Shown here piece by piece: positions 16,470 through 26,101 of a stretch of 54,023 nucleotides of DNA (position 1 is the first letter of the stretch; each line of letters opens with the position of its first letter). Source of the DNA: a virus (taxonomy: Duplodnaviria > Caudoviricetes); the IMG/VR virus record IMGVR_UViG_3300049788_000021, positions 1 to 54,023 of that record; one strand, written 5' to 3'. Position numbers and translations under genes: made by a program. Under the pieces are notes generated by a model. That model saw only the letters and a program-made list of their open reading frames with translations. It was not told the DNA's origin and did not search any database.

Positions 16470-16838
16470 ATGGAGTGTCCTAATTGTGGTTCCAGGCAGA
16501 CCGCCACGCGGCTGGCTACCGAGTGGTTTCCCTACGGGGACATTCCCAAGGCTTTCGAGGCTACTTTCCCGTTGTGGAGTTGTGCGCACTGCCATTTTAG
16601 CTGGAGGGCCGGGGACAGCGAGGAACCCATCGACCGTGCCATGGGTGCTTACGTGCAGCGCACCCTGCAGGATTTAGTGCTGATGTGGCGCAATCTTGCG
16701 GAAGCGCGGCATCCGCGTCAGGACGATCCCGTGGGTGACGCGCAGAACGATGTGCTGCGCATGTGCGCCGCGCAGCTTGCCGATGTGCTTTCCGGAAAGA
16801 CCAGCAGCATTGCACCACTACGCGGAATGGAGCCGTGA
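16470..16838 (+). CDS. YgiT/MqsA-type zinc-finger protein
   Basis: MECPNCGS...LWSCAHCHFSW; GGAGGAG SD. Confidence 0.55.
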   Translation: MECPNCGSRQTATRLATEWFPYGDIPKAFEATFPLWSCAHCHFSWRAGDSEEPIDRAMGAYVQRTLQDLVLMWRNLAEARHPRQDDPVGDAQNDVLRMCAAQLADVLSGKTSSIAPLRGMEP

Positions 16839-17113
16839 GCCAATGGTAAAAGAAGGCGACCTCGTGCGCGTGGAACTGGTTGGTGACAACGTGCATGTGT
16901 ACATCAATGATCTGCCCGTGCCCATCACGGTGATCGACCAGCGCCAGCATCTTGCGGTGCGCGAGCAAGCCGCGCTCATCGAAAAGTGTTACGACGCGGC
17001 ACGCGGAACCAAAAACCTGCTGCGCGGATTTTCCAATCGTTCGCAGATGTACTGGAAGGGCCGTGCCGACGCTGCTACGGACGTGCGTAAATTGCTGACG
17101 GAGAAAAATCTCC

Positions 17114-17296
17114 ATGAGCCTGAAACTAAGCGCTAAGGAACAGCGAGCGGTGCTCGACAACACTGCAGAAACGTTGGAGCACATTTTGCATGACTGGCAC
17201 GCGCAGCTTGATGTGAAATACATTGCGCTGTTCAAGATGGCCATTCAGTTGTTGCGGCATCCGCCGAAACGCAGAAGTAATCCTGTGCGCGGCTGA
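17114..17296 (+). CDS. Hypothetical protein
   Basis: ORF overlapping the upstream gene. Confidence 0.45.
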   Translation: MSLKLSAKEQRAVLDNTAETLEHILHDWHAQLDVKYIALFKMAIQLLRHPPKRRSNPVRG

Positions 17297-17359
17297 AATT
17301 GTGTTAGGCTGTCGGCACATTCTCGCTAGGTTTTCCCCCGCCCGAAAGGAGCAACGTCT

Positions 17360-18016
17360 ATGGTGGTCCGAAAGATGTGGTTGCTGGTAGCAGTGTTGTT
17401 TTTCTTTGCGGTTCCCGCGTTAGCCGATGAAGTGACCCTGAGTTTTGTGGGCACCACTACGCTGATGAACGTAATGGCTTCGGCAGCGGGGGTGGCCATG
17501 ACTGGGGCGCAGAACGTGGTAGTTAGCGACACCAAGCTGGGGCAGCATTTTACTTTTACCGACGAAGCTTTTATCAACTCTGGTCCCGCGACGGAGTTTA
17601 ATTTTACTGCACCCTTGCTGGTGGCTACGTATACTCCCGGTGGCAGCATGAGCGTGCTGATAGAGAACTCCGTAACCCACGCCATTTTAATTGAAGGCAT
17701 CATGCAGAACAGCAAGCTGCTGGCTACCGTTCCGGGTGCCGGGGCCTTTGGCGGGGCGTTCACCGTCACGGAGGTAAGTCCTACGATCCTGGCGCTCTTC
17801 GGGCTGACCGGATGGAGTCCCAAGGGCAGCGCCAGTTTTACTTTTTCTAACGACGAGTTCAGCAACGGCACTTTGCAAGCCACCTTGGGTGGCGGGGCGG
17901 TAACCTTTATCAGCGCTCCCGCCGCGCCTCCGGTGCCGGAACTGGGCACCCTGTTTCTGTTTGGTTCGGGGTTGCTGCTGCTGGGGCGGCGCATGCGCCG
18001 CCAGATAATGTCTTGA
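17360..18016 (+). CDS. Secreted protein with a PEP-CTERM-like sorting signal
   Basis: Signal peptide ending ALA-DE; C-terminal VPELGTLFLFGSGLLLLGRRMRR. Confidence 0.75.
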   Translation: MVVRKMWLLVAVLFFFAVPALADEVTLSFVGTTTLMNVMASAAGVAMTGAQNVVVSDTKLGQHFTFTDEAFINSGPATEFNFTAPLLVATYTPGGSMSVLIENSVTHAILIEGIMQNSKLLATVPGAGAFGGAFTVTEVSPTILALFGLTGWSPKGSASFTFSNDEFSNGTLQATLGGGAVTFISAPAAPPVPELGTLFLFGSGLLLLGRRMRRQIMS

Positions 18017-18226
18017 GGTTGTTCTGAAGGTAAGTCAGGCAAAGGTAAGGGAAGATTGCAACGGGGCGTGGGATTGGTATGCCACACGCTATGTCATTTC
18101 ACGTAAAGGGGGCGGGAGCGGACAACTTTCTCTCCATGCTTGCACCCGTTGGTTAAGAACTTCCCTTCCGGTCCTAGTTGCGCAATGCCGCGAAGCCGAG
18201 TAAGGTCGAAACCGGGAGGAAATGCC

Positions 18227-18448
18227 ATGACCACCATGATCAAATCGCAACTGATAAAGACCATCGAACAGTGGGCCGCAGGCTTGCGCAACATTTCCCT
18301 GAGTTCCAATGAGGTTCACGATCTGGCGGGGCGGGTAATGTCCTTCCAGTCGGGCGAAGGCAATCCTGCCGGGGCACCCACGCCCGCCGCGAGCGAAGCC
18401 GGGGCGGAAACTCCTGCTGCCGCCAAGGGCCGCGCCCACACCAAGTAG
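18227..18448 (+). CDS. Hypothetical protein
   Basis: GGAGG SD before the ATG at 18227. Confidence 0.55.
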   Translation: MTTMIKSQLIKTIEQWAAGLRNISLSSNEVHDLAGRVMSFQSGEGNPAGAPTPAASEAGAETPAAAKGRAHTK

Positions 18449-18450
18449 CA

Positions 18451-18744
18451 CTAGCGTATCTCCACGCTGCTTTCCTTTTCTTCCGCGTCGTACAGCGGGT
18501 ACACATCCGCGTCGATGTTCCAGAACACACAGCGCCAGTCCGGTTTGACCCCGTTCGTGTCGGTTTCTTCGTTGCGGAAGATTTCGCATACTGCGAAACC
18601 GTCGATGGCTCGCCGGAAGTAATGTAAGCAACTGGCGCAACGCAGCACGCTGCCTTCCGGAGCTTTCTCGTATTTCACTTCTTCGGCGTTCAGCTTGTAG
18701 GGGCGGTCAGAGATAATTTCGAGGTATTTGTCGAGGTTGACCAT
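18451..18744 (-). CDS. HiPIP-like four-Cys protein
   Basis: Y...P....CASCLHY...CEIF...VKPDWRCVFW spacing resembles high-potential Fe-S proteins. Confidence 0.5.
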   Translation of the reverse strand: MVNLDKYLEIISDRPYKLNAEEVKYEKAPEGSVLRCASCLHYFRRAIDGFAVCEIFRNEETDTNGVKPDWRCVFWNIDADVYPLYDAEEKESSVEIR

Positions 18745-18747
18745 GTT

Positions 18748-18981
18748 TCAATCTCTCTTGGAGTGGCGCAATTTCCTGCGGGACTCATACCGTTTTATTT
18801 CCCGGTTGAGTTCCCGCAAGTTCTCGTCGTAGCGAACCTGTTGCTCGCCTCGGTGCCGTTGCTGTGCGCGTTCCAACCTTCCCGGCAGGTTTAGGATGTA
18901 ATCCTCCGACCTTCGATCTTCAATATCTTTGCTAACCGGATAGTCCGAAGGCATGCGCAGTTTTGTTTTTTCATCAGCCAT
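18748..18981 (-). CDS. Hypothetical protein with a basic C-terminal tail
   Basis: ORF ending RRKLRHSKRD. Confidence 0.6.
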   Translation of the reverse strand: MADEKTKLRMPSDYPVSKDIEDRRSEDYILNLPGRLERAQQRHRGEQQVRYDENLRELNREIKRYESRRKLRHSKRD

Positions 18982-18987
18982 TTTCCC

Positions 18988-19092
18988 TTAAGCCCTCCAG
19001 GCAATCCAGGCAATCAGCAGGATTTCCACCAGCATGCCGAAAAGCATCAGCGCTCTGTAGTTTTCCTCCACCCAGCCGTTGATGAGTTTCAT
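18988..19092 (-). CDS. Small membrane protein
   Basis: MKLINGWVEENYRALMLFGMLVEILLIAWIAWRA; ATGA overlap. Confidence 0.5.
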   Translation of the reverse strand: MKLINGWVEENYRALMLFGMLVEILLIAWIAWRA

Positions 19093-19586
19093 GCGTTCAC
19101 CACGGTTTCCTTGAGCAGCCCTTTTTCCTTGGCCAATCGGCGCAAGCGCAGCAGCACGTCTTCGGCTTGGTTTTCTTCCGGGGGCAGCACTTCGATGGCG
19201 GGTTTCTCGCCACTTTTCACTCCGCACTGCCAGCAGTATTGGTCGGAGGACTCTTGCGGGGCATGGCAGGCGAGGCACTGTTTGCCGAGCATCAGCCGTT
19301 CACCGTCCTGGCGGCAGAAGCTGTCGGTAGCTTTAGCGGTGGCACCGCATTTCGGGCAGGTGTTGTGAAGCTCTTCGATCTGCGCCTTGTCCATCTGCGC
19401 GGGCAGTTGCTGAACTTCCTGCTGCTGTTTTTTAGTGAGTTTCCTGCGTATGCCGCCTTTGGGATCGCTTTTGGGCGCGGGGGTGCGCATCAACTCCTGG
19501 GTCCAGGGATGGCACATACAGCGGCATTCGCGGGAAGCGCAGGCCCCGTGGTATCCGCTTTGGCACTCATTGGTAAACCCTGGCAT
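19089..19586 (-). CDS. Double zinc-ribbon protein
   Basis: CPKCG...FCRQDG...CLAC...YCWQCG. Confidence 0.7.
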   Translation of the reverse strand: MPGFTNECQSGYHGACASRECRCMCHPWTQELMRTPAPKSDPKGGIRRKLTKKQQQEVQQLPAQMDKAQIEELHNTCPKCGATAKATDSFCRQDGERLMLGKQCLACHAPQESSDQYCWQCGVKSGEKPAIEVLPPEENQAEDVLLRLRRLAKEKGLLKETVVNA

Positions 19587-19770
19587 CTTGCTCCTGGTGC
19601 TCCACGCGTCCCCAGCGGATCAGCGCGGCGCGGCGTGCTTTTTTGCGGTTGGCCAAAGTTTTCTTGAGGCTTTTGGCGCTACCGCCCTTCGCCGCACGGC
19701 AAGACAAACACGGTAAGAGCTTGCCGTGCAGCGGGCAGAGCGCTTCGTCTACAGTGGTTCGCTTGGGCAT
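19567..19770 (-). CDS. Small basic protein
   Basis: CPLH..CLSC..KGGSAKS..K..AN. Confidence 0.55.
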   Translation of the reverse strand: MPKRTTVDEALCPLHGKLLPCLSCRAAKGGSAKSLKKTLANRKKARRAALIRWGRVEHQEQDARVYQ

Positions 19771-19835
19771 CTGGCGGCAGGGTATCAGGGGAGCAGCCTT
19801 GACAGCAAGTTTGTTCGTCTGACAGTGTAAGACCG

Positions 19836-20333
19836 ATGCGCACCATTAAATTTAACCCCGACGATCCCGACTGGAAGTTTCCTTATGCCTCGCGGCGGTA
19901 CATCGACCGTTTGAGAGTTCTTTTTGAGCAAACCATTCCCGATCATCTGCGCTATGGCTGGACCTGGAAAAACCAGCCGCGCAGCTACACTCACGCGTTG
20001 CCCGACAAGGTAGCCGCCGAACTGCGCAAGACCACCCGCTGGCCATCCGTCCCTCCGGAGCATCGCGCCATTTGCGAACGTTATTTTCAAGAGAAGATGG
20101 CCGCACTCACGAAGCGCTACGGTGCAACGGAAAACATTCCACCGGGGAAGGTGCGTGCCTACCGCATGGTCATTGCCAAATTTGGACGCTATAACATGAC
20201 CGGGAAACGGATGTACGCGCTGTATCGGCGCAGAATAGACCGCAGCATGTGGCATCGCTATCTGGACTGGGAACGTCAGCAGAACATGGCCGCTTTGCCG
20301 AAAACAGCGAGCAAAGTGTTGGATGTGGGCTAA
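19836..20333 (+). CDS. Hypothetical basic protein
   Basis: First ORF of the rightward late region. Confidence 0.6.
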   Translation: MRTIKFNPDDPDWKFPYASRRYIDRLRVLFEQTIPDHLRYGWTWKNQPRSYTHALPDKVAAELRKTTRWPSVPPEHRAICERYFQEKMAALTKRYGATENIPPGKVRAYRMVIAKFGRYNMTGKRMYALYRRRIDRSMWHRYLDWERQQNMAALPKTASKVLDVG

Positions 20334-20594
20334 ATGGAAATCCCGCGCTGTCCCAACAACCTGGAGGGTAGTTGCGAGCGTTCCGATACTTTTGTGGAGA
20401 AGGAAGGCGACGATTTTTTCACTATTCGCTGCCGCACCTGCAACGGCATCAACGTATGGCCCAAGGATAAGGATGAACAGCGCGGACGCTACGACGCTTT
20501 CCTGAAGCGCCAACTGGCCGAGCGCGAGCGCTTGCTCGCGGACGAGCGCCAGCGAGCTTACTCCATCGGCCATGTCAAGCCGGGAGAAAAATAA
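20334..20594 (+). CDS. Zinc-ribbon protein
   Basis: RCPN...C...CRTCNG. Confidence 0.6.
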   Translation: MEIPRCPNNLEGSCERSDTFVEKEGDDFFTIRCRTCNGINVWPKDKDEQRGRYDAFLKRQLAERERLLADERQRAYSIGHVKPGEK

Positions 20595-21052
20595 TGCCAC
20601 GCGGACGGCCACGGAAATATCCGCTGGAGTTACTGGCCCAGCAGCCTGAAGCACAACCGCCCGCAGCAGCCAGTAGCGTTACTGTGCCTGTGCCCGCCGT
20701 GGTCCCGCCGCCGTACATCAGTATTAGCGTTCCTTGGGAAACCTTGGACTTATTGGAAGCGCAGCACTACTACAGTGAACTCAAAAAAGAGTTTGAGCGT
20801 GCCGGGGCCATCTTGAATGCGCGTTGCTGCGAGGAGGGCGAGGAGAAGTATGTGTGCTTTATGGCCGGAAAGCCGGGAGCGTGCGAGCTAGGCATGGTGC
20901 GCACCGGACGGCCACGGGGCATCGACTATGCCCACAAAGACCCGCACAGCGGTTTGCTGAAACCTGCCAAGATTTGTTCCGAGCGCTGCTGGATACTCTA
21001 TCAACAACAGCTTATCAATGAGCGCCGCGAGCGCGAGCTTGCCCACTATTAA
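20594..21052 (+). CDS. AT-hook-containing protein (possible small terminase or regulator)
   Basis: MPRGRPRKYP; directly upstream of TerL. Confidence 0.5.
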   Translation: MPRGRPRKYPLELLAQQPEAQPPAAASSVTVPVPAVVPPPYISISVPWETLDLLEAQHYYSELKKEFERAGAILNARCCEEGEEKYVCFMAGKPGACELGMVRTGRPRGIDYAHKDPHSGLLKPAKICSERCWILYQQQLINERRERELAHY

Positions 21053-21064
21053 GTTGGGCAGCGG
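21049..21064 (+). promoter_or_regulatory. Late-module motif, copy 1
   Basis: TTAAGTTGGGCAGCGG before the terminase gene. Confidence 0.65.
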
Positions 21065-21072
21065 AAACAACT

Positions 21073-22899
21073 TTGTGGTTCTTTCTCGCATGTACGATGT
21101 TTCCTCGACATTCTGCCCAGGTGAACTGGTTAGACCGATCCCGGCAACTGATTGAGCGCCTTCCGATAAAACACATTGAAACGCACCGCATGGTGCCCTT
21201 TGTGTTCAATCCTAATCAGGCGCGGCGCTACAAAATGATCCGTGAGCAATGGGACAAAGAGCACAAACTACGCATTTTGGATTTGAAATCCAGGCGCGTG
21301 GGAGTGTCGGCGCAAACCGATGCGCTGTTATGGGCTTACGGTTTGGCTTTCCCGAACATGAACATCAAGATCGTGGCCCATCTGGTGGGCAGCGCTGAAG
21401 AACTTTTCCGTGTGCCGTCCGACCTGTCCCGCGCTTTTCCTTCTTTTGCTGCTGCGGACATTCAGATGAAGCGTATTTTCTTCCCGCATACCGGAGGGCA
21501 AAGCCAAATTACCTTGGCTACGGCGGGAACACCCGCAGCGGGGCGTGGTGGAACTTTGTCGGCACTACATCTGAGTGAAGCTGCGTATTTTCCTTCCGAC
21601 GACTCCTTTGTGTCCATGATTTCCTCTGTTTCTAAAGGTCCTGGCAGTATCATCGTGATTGAAAGCACCGCCAACGGACGCGAGGGACCAGGGCAAGCCT
21701 TTTTCGAGTACTGGGAGTCTGCCGTGGCAGGACGCAATGGCTACCTGCCCATCTTTCTCTGCTGGCTGGACGATCCGCTGTGTATCCGCAATGAAGAAGA
21801 AGCCGAAGACGCCCCGCAAGACGATCTTGAAAAAGAACTTATGGGGCCACCGTTCAACGCCACGCGAGAGCAGATCGCCTGGATGCGCCGCACCAAAGCG
21901 GACGACTGCCGAGGCATCGAAAGCAAATGGCTTACTGACTTTCCGCATCATCCCTCCGTGGCCTTCCAAGTAAGCGGTGAACCTGCTTTCCCGCGAGATG
22001 AACTGACCTACGCGGAGTCTACCGTCAAGCCGCCGATTTGCCGGGGCCGTTTCATCCGCACGGGCGGGACGGGTTATCGCTTCGTGAAGGATGACAACGG
22101 TCCCTGGCATATCTGGAAATTTCCTTTCGATGACCACAAACGTGCGGACGGCTTTCGTTACTACGGCGGCGCAGACGCCGCGCTGGGCACCGAGGAAGGC
22201 GATTTCGCCGCTATTTGCATTCTTTGCGGACAAACCGGGGAGCTTGCCGCACGCTTCAGCGAGCGTGTTCCTCCGGAGGAACTGGCCAACCAGATGGATA
22301 TGAGCGGCAGGTTCTACAACGTAGCCATGATGAACCCGGAACTTACGGGAAACTTGGGTCGCTGGGCGCTCATCAAGCTGCGCGACATGTTCCGCTACCC
22401 CAACATTTATGTATGGAAGGGCCGCGACGACCGCAAACGCTTCAAGCACAAGTCTGTGGCGCTGGGCTTTGAAATGAACCAAGCCACCCGCCGCTTGATT
22501 ATTGACGCCACCCGGAATGGTTTGCGCATGGGCATTCGCGGGGAGCCGGGAGCCTTGGTAGTGAACGACCGCACCTTGATGGAGCAGCTAGGACTTTGCA
22601 CCTTGAAGGAGTGGCGCTGGGAAGTGGAGCGCGGCCACGATGACATTGCCGTAGCCTACTTCATTGCTTGTCTGACGCGTGAACAGTATCCTCCTCCGCG
22701 TATGACCTTCGCACCTAAGACCACCCTAGAGGAACAAGGGCCGCAGCAGATCGCCCAGAGCGCCGGGGTGCGCCTCGCGCCCAGTGAAACCGATCAGATT
22801 TTCTACAAGGAAATGCAGCGTATCCGCCGCGAAGCAGGATTGCGTCCGGATATGCGCGGAGTGGGGAGGCCGTCGATCAATCGACTGTACGGGATATGA
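21073..22899 (+). CDS. terL: Terminase large subunit
   Basis: LKSRRVGVS (Walker A), LHLSEAA (Walker B), IESTANG coupling motif, GADAALG and HDDIAVA nuclease motifs. Confidence 0.93.
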   Translation: MWFFLACTMFPRHSAQVNWLDRSRQLIERLPIKHIETHRMVPFVFNPNQARRYKMIREQWDKEHKLRILDLKSRRVGVSAQTDALLWAYGLAFPNMNIKIVAHLVGSAEELFRVPSDLSRAFPSFAAADIQMKRIFFPHTGGQSQITLATAGTPAAGRGGTLSALHLSEAAYFPSDDSFVSMISSVSKGPGSIIVIESTANGREGPGQAFFEYWESAVAGRNGYLPIFLCWLDDPLCIRNEEEAEDAPQDDLEKELMGPPFNATREQIAWMRRTKADDCRGIESKWLTDFPHHPSVAFQVSGEPAFPRDELTYAESTVKPPICRGRFIRTGGTGYRFVKDDNGPWHIWKFPFDDHKRADGFRYYGGADAALGTEEGDFAAICILCGQTGELAARFSERVPPEELANQMDMSGRFYNVAMMNPELTGNLGRWALIKLRDMFRYPNIYVWKGRDDRKRFKHKSVALGFEMNQATRRLIIDATRNGLRMGIRGEPGALVVNDRTLMEQLGLCTLKEWRWEVERGHDDIAVAYFIACLTREQYPPPRMTFAPKTTLEEQGPQQIAQSAGVRLAPSETDQIFYKEMQRIRREAGLRPDMRGVGRPSINRLYGI

Positions 22900-23315
22900 G
22901 TGCCTATGACCGTGGAAGCCTGTCGGTGGACGCCTATCTCGTGCGGCTGCTCGCCGCTATCGTGCGACAAGCGGGAGGAGAGTTGCGCGTCAAGGGTGAA
23001 CTGATCGACCGCATCAACGAACCGACTACGCTGATTAAGGAGTGGGACTGCAAGACGCAAGAACTGGTGCTGCGAGCGGGCATGCACTCGTTTACGGAAG
23101 TCTTCCGCGTGGTTCCTGAAAAGCCCGTGGGTAGGGATATTTCGGCGGAAGCGCCAACTTCGGGACCGAAACCGGAACCACGCGGTGACTTCCTGCCAAA
23201 GACTAACACATTTGACAACCCGCAATTGTCCGAAATCGAACGCAAACAGAGAGTGGCGCGAGCCGTAGCGCTAGTACGCGAGGAGTTGCGCCGCCGCAGA
23301 GAGGCAGGAGCATGA
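22896..23315 (+). CDS. Hypothetical protein
   Basis: ATGA-coupled to terL. Confidence 0.65.
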   Translation: MSAYDRGSLSVDAYLVRLLAAIVRQAGGELRVKGELIDRINEPTTLIKEWDCKTQELVLRAGMHSFTEVFRVVPEKPVGRDISAEAPTSGPKPEPRGDFLPKTNTFDNPQLSEIERKQRVARAVALVREELRRRREAGA

Positions 23316-23318
23316 GCG

Positions 23319-23585
23319 ATGAGCGAAATAATCGGAGCGAACGGCCAGGAGAAAAATCCCGAGAACCTGATAGTGGTGCTGACTATGAACCCGCGAACCT
23401 TCAAGCTCGAAATTGGCGGGAATTTTCTCGAAAACCTCGACGTGCTAATGAACATGCTAAGTCAAGCCTTGCGCTGGGCCGATGTTCAATATCGAGTGGC
23501 AGCGGGGATAGCGGCGCAGCAACAACTGAGACAACAACAAAACGACCTGGAAGTAGCCAAGCTGCTGTTCAGCAGGAAAGCGTAG
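23319..23585 (+). CDS. Hypothetical protein
   Basis: ORF with AGGAG upstream. Confidence 0.55.
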   Translation: MSEIIGANGQEKNPENLIVVLTMNPRTFKLEIGGNFLENLDVLMNMLSQALRWADVQYRVAAGIAAQQQLRQQQNDLEVAKLLFSRKA

Positions 23586-23917
23586 TGCTGCGTGCCCGCG
23601 ACCGCGCTGTGCTGGAAGCCAAAACGCAGCGGCAAGCGCGGGATTTGTACGGAGACATTTGCGAAGAGTACGAAAAAAATTTGCGCCGAGGAACTTCCTT
23701 CGCTTGCGCCTGTTATGTGAGCGCCATGATGAGGAATGCGCGGCATCTGGTGCCCACCTTTCTGGACGCCAAGCTGCACATGCAACTGGTCATGGAAGCG
23801 CAATCGCACATCAAGAACAGCGAAAGCAACAGCCATGAAGACCCTCGCGAGATGGTCGCCGCATGGCTGCGCGGAGAAAAGGAACTCACGCGCATACCCT
23901 TCGAGAAGGTGATGTGA
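23585..23917 (+). CDS. Hypothetical protein (C-terminal part of track ORF 23312..23917)
   Basis: GTG overlapping the previous stop; this half of the ORF looks protein-like. Confidence 0.5.
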   Translation: MLRARDRAVLEAKTQRQARDLYGDICEEYEKNLRRGTSFACACYVSAMMRNARHLVPTFLDAKLHMQLVMEAQSHIKNSESNSHEDPREMVAAWLRGEKELTRIPFEKVM

Positions 23918-23918
23918 G

Positions 23919-24110
23919 ATGGAAGATTTTAACGCCGTGCCGCACTGCCCTTACTGCGGAAGGAAAATGCAGTTTAATAAGGTGGCCAGCACGGACACCC
24001 TGCGGCAATACCTGTGCGGTTGCCGGGGCATTATCTTTCACAAGAACGTGCCCAAGTGGATTGCTCCTGTGGAGTTGCAGAAAAAGGATAAGTCCTCATG
24101 GCGTCCATGA
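23919..24110 (+). CDS. Zinc-ribbon protein
   Basis: CPYCG...CGC. Confidence 0.55.
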   Translation: MEDFNAVPHCPYCGRKMQFNKVASTDTLRQYLCGCRGIIFHKNVPKWIAPVELQKKDKSSWRP

Positions 24111-25849
24111 TTAGTTATGAACCCGTGCTTATCGGCACGGAAGAAAAAGCTCGTGAGGCGGGACCGCCCAGTTCACACCGCAGGATCGCCCGTCAGATCG
24201 ACATACTGCAACGGCTGTCCAAGCGCGAAATGGATACGCAATGGGGCGCGAACTGGGCGCAGGACATGATGGAGTTCCTGAACCTGCAGTATTATCCCAC
24301 CACCGTTGCGCCCTCCTTCCGGCCCAAGATCATGCTGCCGGAACTGCAATACCTGCTGATGAGCGAAACCACCGAACTCACCAACGATAGTCCCAAGACT
24401 TATATTTCCGTGAACGGTCGGCGCGACGAAGAACGCGAACGCGCCTTTGCGGCCATGTGGCGACTGGGATTTTTCAACAACCGCATCTTTGACGCGGTGT
24501 TGTGGTCGCAGTTCTGCAATCCCGGCTGTCTGCAGATGGGTTTTAATCCCGACATGCGCAACGGACGCGGCGCGGTGTGGTTGCGTGCCCGCGACGTGGA
24601 TAGTTTTCTTCCCGACCCGCATGCCAAGAATGATCGTGACTGGGCTTGGGTGCTGGCCGACGACTGGTTCTACATTGACGACATTAAACGCACCTGGGGT
24701 GCAAAAGCTGCGGGCATAAAGTCCGGAGGGTCGGCCTACGATGACTACGAAGAAGAACAACAATCCGGTTCGGAGTTCGACCTTTCCCTGGAACTCCCTC
24801 CCGGCCCCCTGCGCGTGGACTCCCCCCAAGGATTTGAGCACCAGAAAATCGGACCACGCATCAAGGTGCGCTACTTATGGGTCAAAGACTATGCCAAAGA
24901 AGTGGTCAGAGAAATTGCTGGGCGCGAAACGGCGGAAGGACTGGAATTAATTGTTGATCCGCTCACCAAGTGGAAATATCCCGGTGGCCGTTTCATCGTG
25001 GAATGCCAAGGATGGATTTTGGCGGATGGTCCAAATTTCGTGCCGCGTCTGCCTGACGACGACTTTTCTACTTTTCCTTTTGTGGGCGTGTGGTCCCTTC
25101 CTCACCCCAAACACTATTTTGGTGCTCCTCCCGTTCGTTTTGGAAAAGGGCCGCAGGAAATCGCGGAGCGGATGTACACCCAACTGGTAGAAAATCTTAT
25201 CCGTTTGAACAACGGGCAGTGCTGGATACCGGAAGACAGCGGCATCGACATTGACGCCTACGGAGGCATCCCCGGCGAAGTGCAAGTTTATAGGGGGGAT
25301 AGAGCGCCGAGCATTACTTGGCCCACGCCCATTCCCCAGCACATGACCCAAGTGCCGGAAATTTTGTTGCAGAAGGTGGCTCGCTACGTGGGCTGGACCC
25401 CGGAACGCCAGGGCCAAGCCAGCAGCGGAAATATCAGTCCGGAACTGTTCGACGCTGCGGTGTTCCAGTCGCAAAGTTTGCTGCGCATGAAAGCGCGGCT
25501 GCTGGCGGAAAGCTATCAACGGCTGACGCAGATGGCTTTCTACATGATGGTGCGCTTCAAGCGCTTGCAGGATATTTTGCGCCCGCCACGCGGGGAGAAA
25601 ATCCCCGCTGCGGTGTGGAAGCCCTTGCCGGAAGACGCCGAACTCGAAATGGAACTGGACGAAACCAGCATTGACACCATGAGCGCGGCAATGATGAAGA
25701 ACTTGGTGGTGGCTTTGGGCAAGAGCGGTCAGGTGCCCAACCGCTTTGTGCTGGAAACGCTGGGCGTTCCCAATGCCGACCAGATTGCCGATGAAGCTAC
25801 GCGTGCGCAGGAACTTGCTGCCATCGCGAAACTGAAGAGGCCGCGATAA
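24098..25849 (+). CDS. Portal protein (P22-like)
   Basis: Size and position after TerL; FLPDPHAK and FPFV..W..P...YFG patterns. Confidence 0.8.
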   Translation: MASMISYEPVLIGTEEKAREAGPPSSHRRIARQIDILQRLSKREMDTQWGANWAQDMMEFLNLQYYPTTVAPSFRPKIMLPELQYLLMSETTELTNDSPKTYISVNGRRDEERERAFAAMWRLGFFNNRIFDAVLWSQFCNPGCLQMGFNPDMRNGRGAVWLRARDVDSFLPDPHAKNDRDWAWVLADDWFYIDDIKRTWGAKAAGIKSGGSAYDDYEEEQQSGSEFDLSLELPPGPLRVDSPQGFEHQKIGPRIKVRYLWVKDYAKEVVREIAGRETAEGLELIVDPLTKWKYPGGRFIVECQGWILADGPNFVPRLPDDDFSTFPFVGVWSLPHPKHYFGAPPVRFGKGPQEIAERMYTQLVENLIRLNNGQCWIPEDSGIDIDAYGGIPGEVQVYRGDRAPSITWPTPIPQHMTQVPEILLQKVARYVGWTPERQGQASSGNISPELFDAAVFQSQSLLRMKARLLAESYQRLTQMAFYMMVRFKRLQDILRPPRGEKIPAAVWKPLPEDAELEMELDETSIDTMSAAMMKNLVVALGKSGQVPNRFVLETLGVPNADQIADEATRAQELAAIAKLKRPR

Positions 25850-26037
25850 TGGAAACACAGGTCAGTCCCTTACCGCGAATGGAGACACGCTACACCACGC
25901 GGGAGGCCGCGCAATATTTCAATCGCGTACCACGAACCATTCGCTTGTGGTGCGTGAATGGAACGTTGCTGGCTGCTAACTGCCGCGTGGAGCGTGAAAA
26001 ACTTGGCGGCTGGGTGATCTACATCCCACGAAATTAA
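25849..26037 (+). CDS. HTH_17/MerR-like DNA-binding protein
   Basis: YTTREAAQYFNRVPRTIRLWCVNG. Confidence 0.7.
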   Translation: METQVSPLPRMETRYTTREAAQYFNRVPRTIRLWCVNGTLLAANCRVEREKLGGWVIYIPRN

Positions 26038-26049
26038 GTTAGGCAGCGG
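26034..26049 (+). promoter_or_regulatory. Late-module motif, copy 2
   Basis: TTAAGTTAGGCAGCGG (one mismatch to copy 1). Confidence 0.6.
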
Positions 26050-26101
26050 TAACACCCACCTGTTCCTGCTCTTACAGGAGTGCGCATACTCCGTTCCGTG
26101 A

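Noticed and set aside
18161-18221. Hammerhead-like element (CCTTCCGG-TC ... CGAAA-CCGGGAGG)
   Set aside because: Stem III, GUC and GAAA are present, but there is no CUGANGA core and no clear stem I. At most it is an RBS-sequestering stem or a decayed ribozyme.
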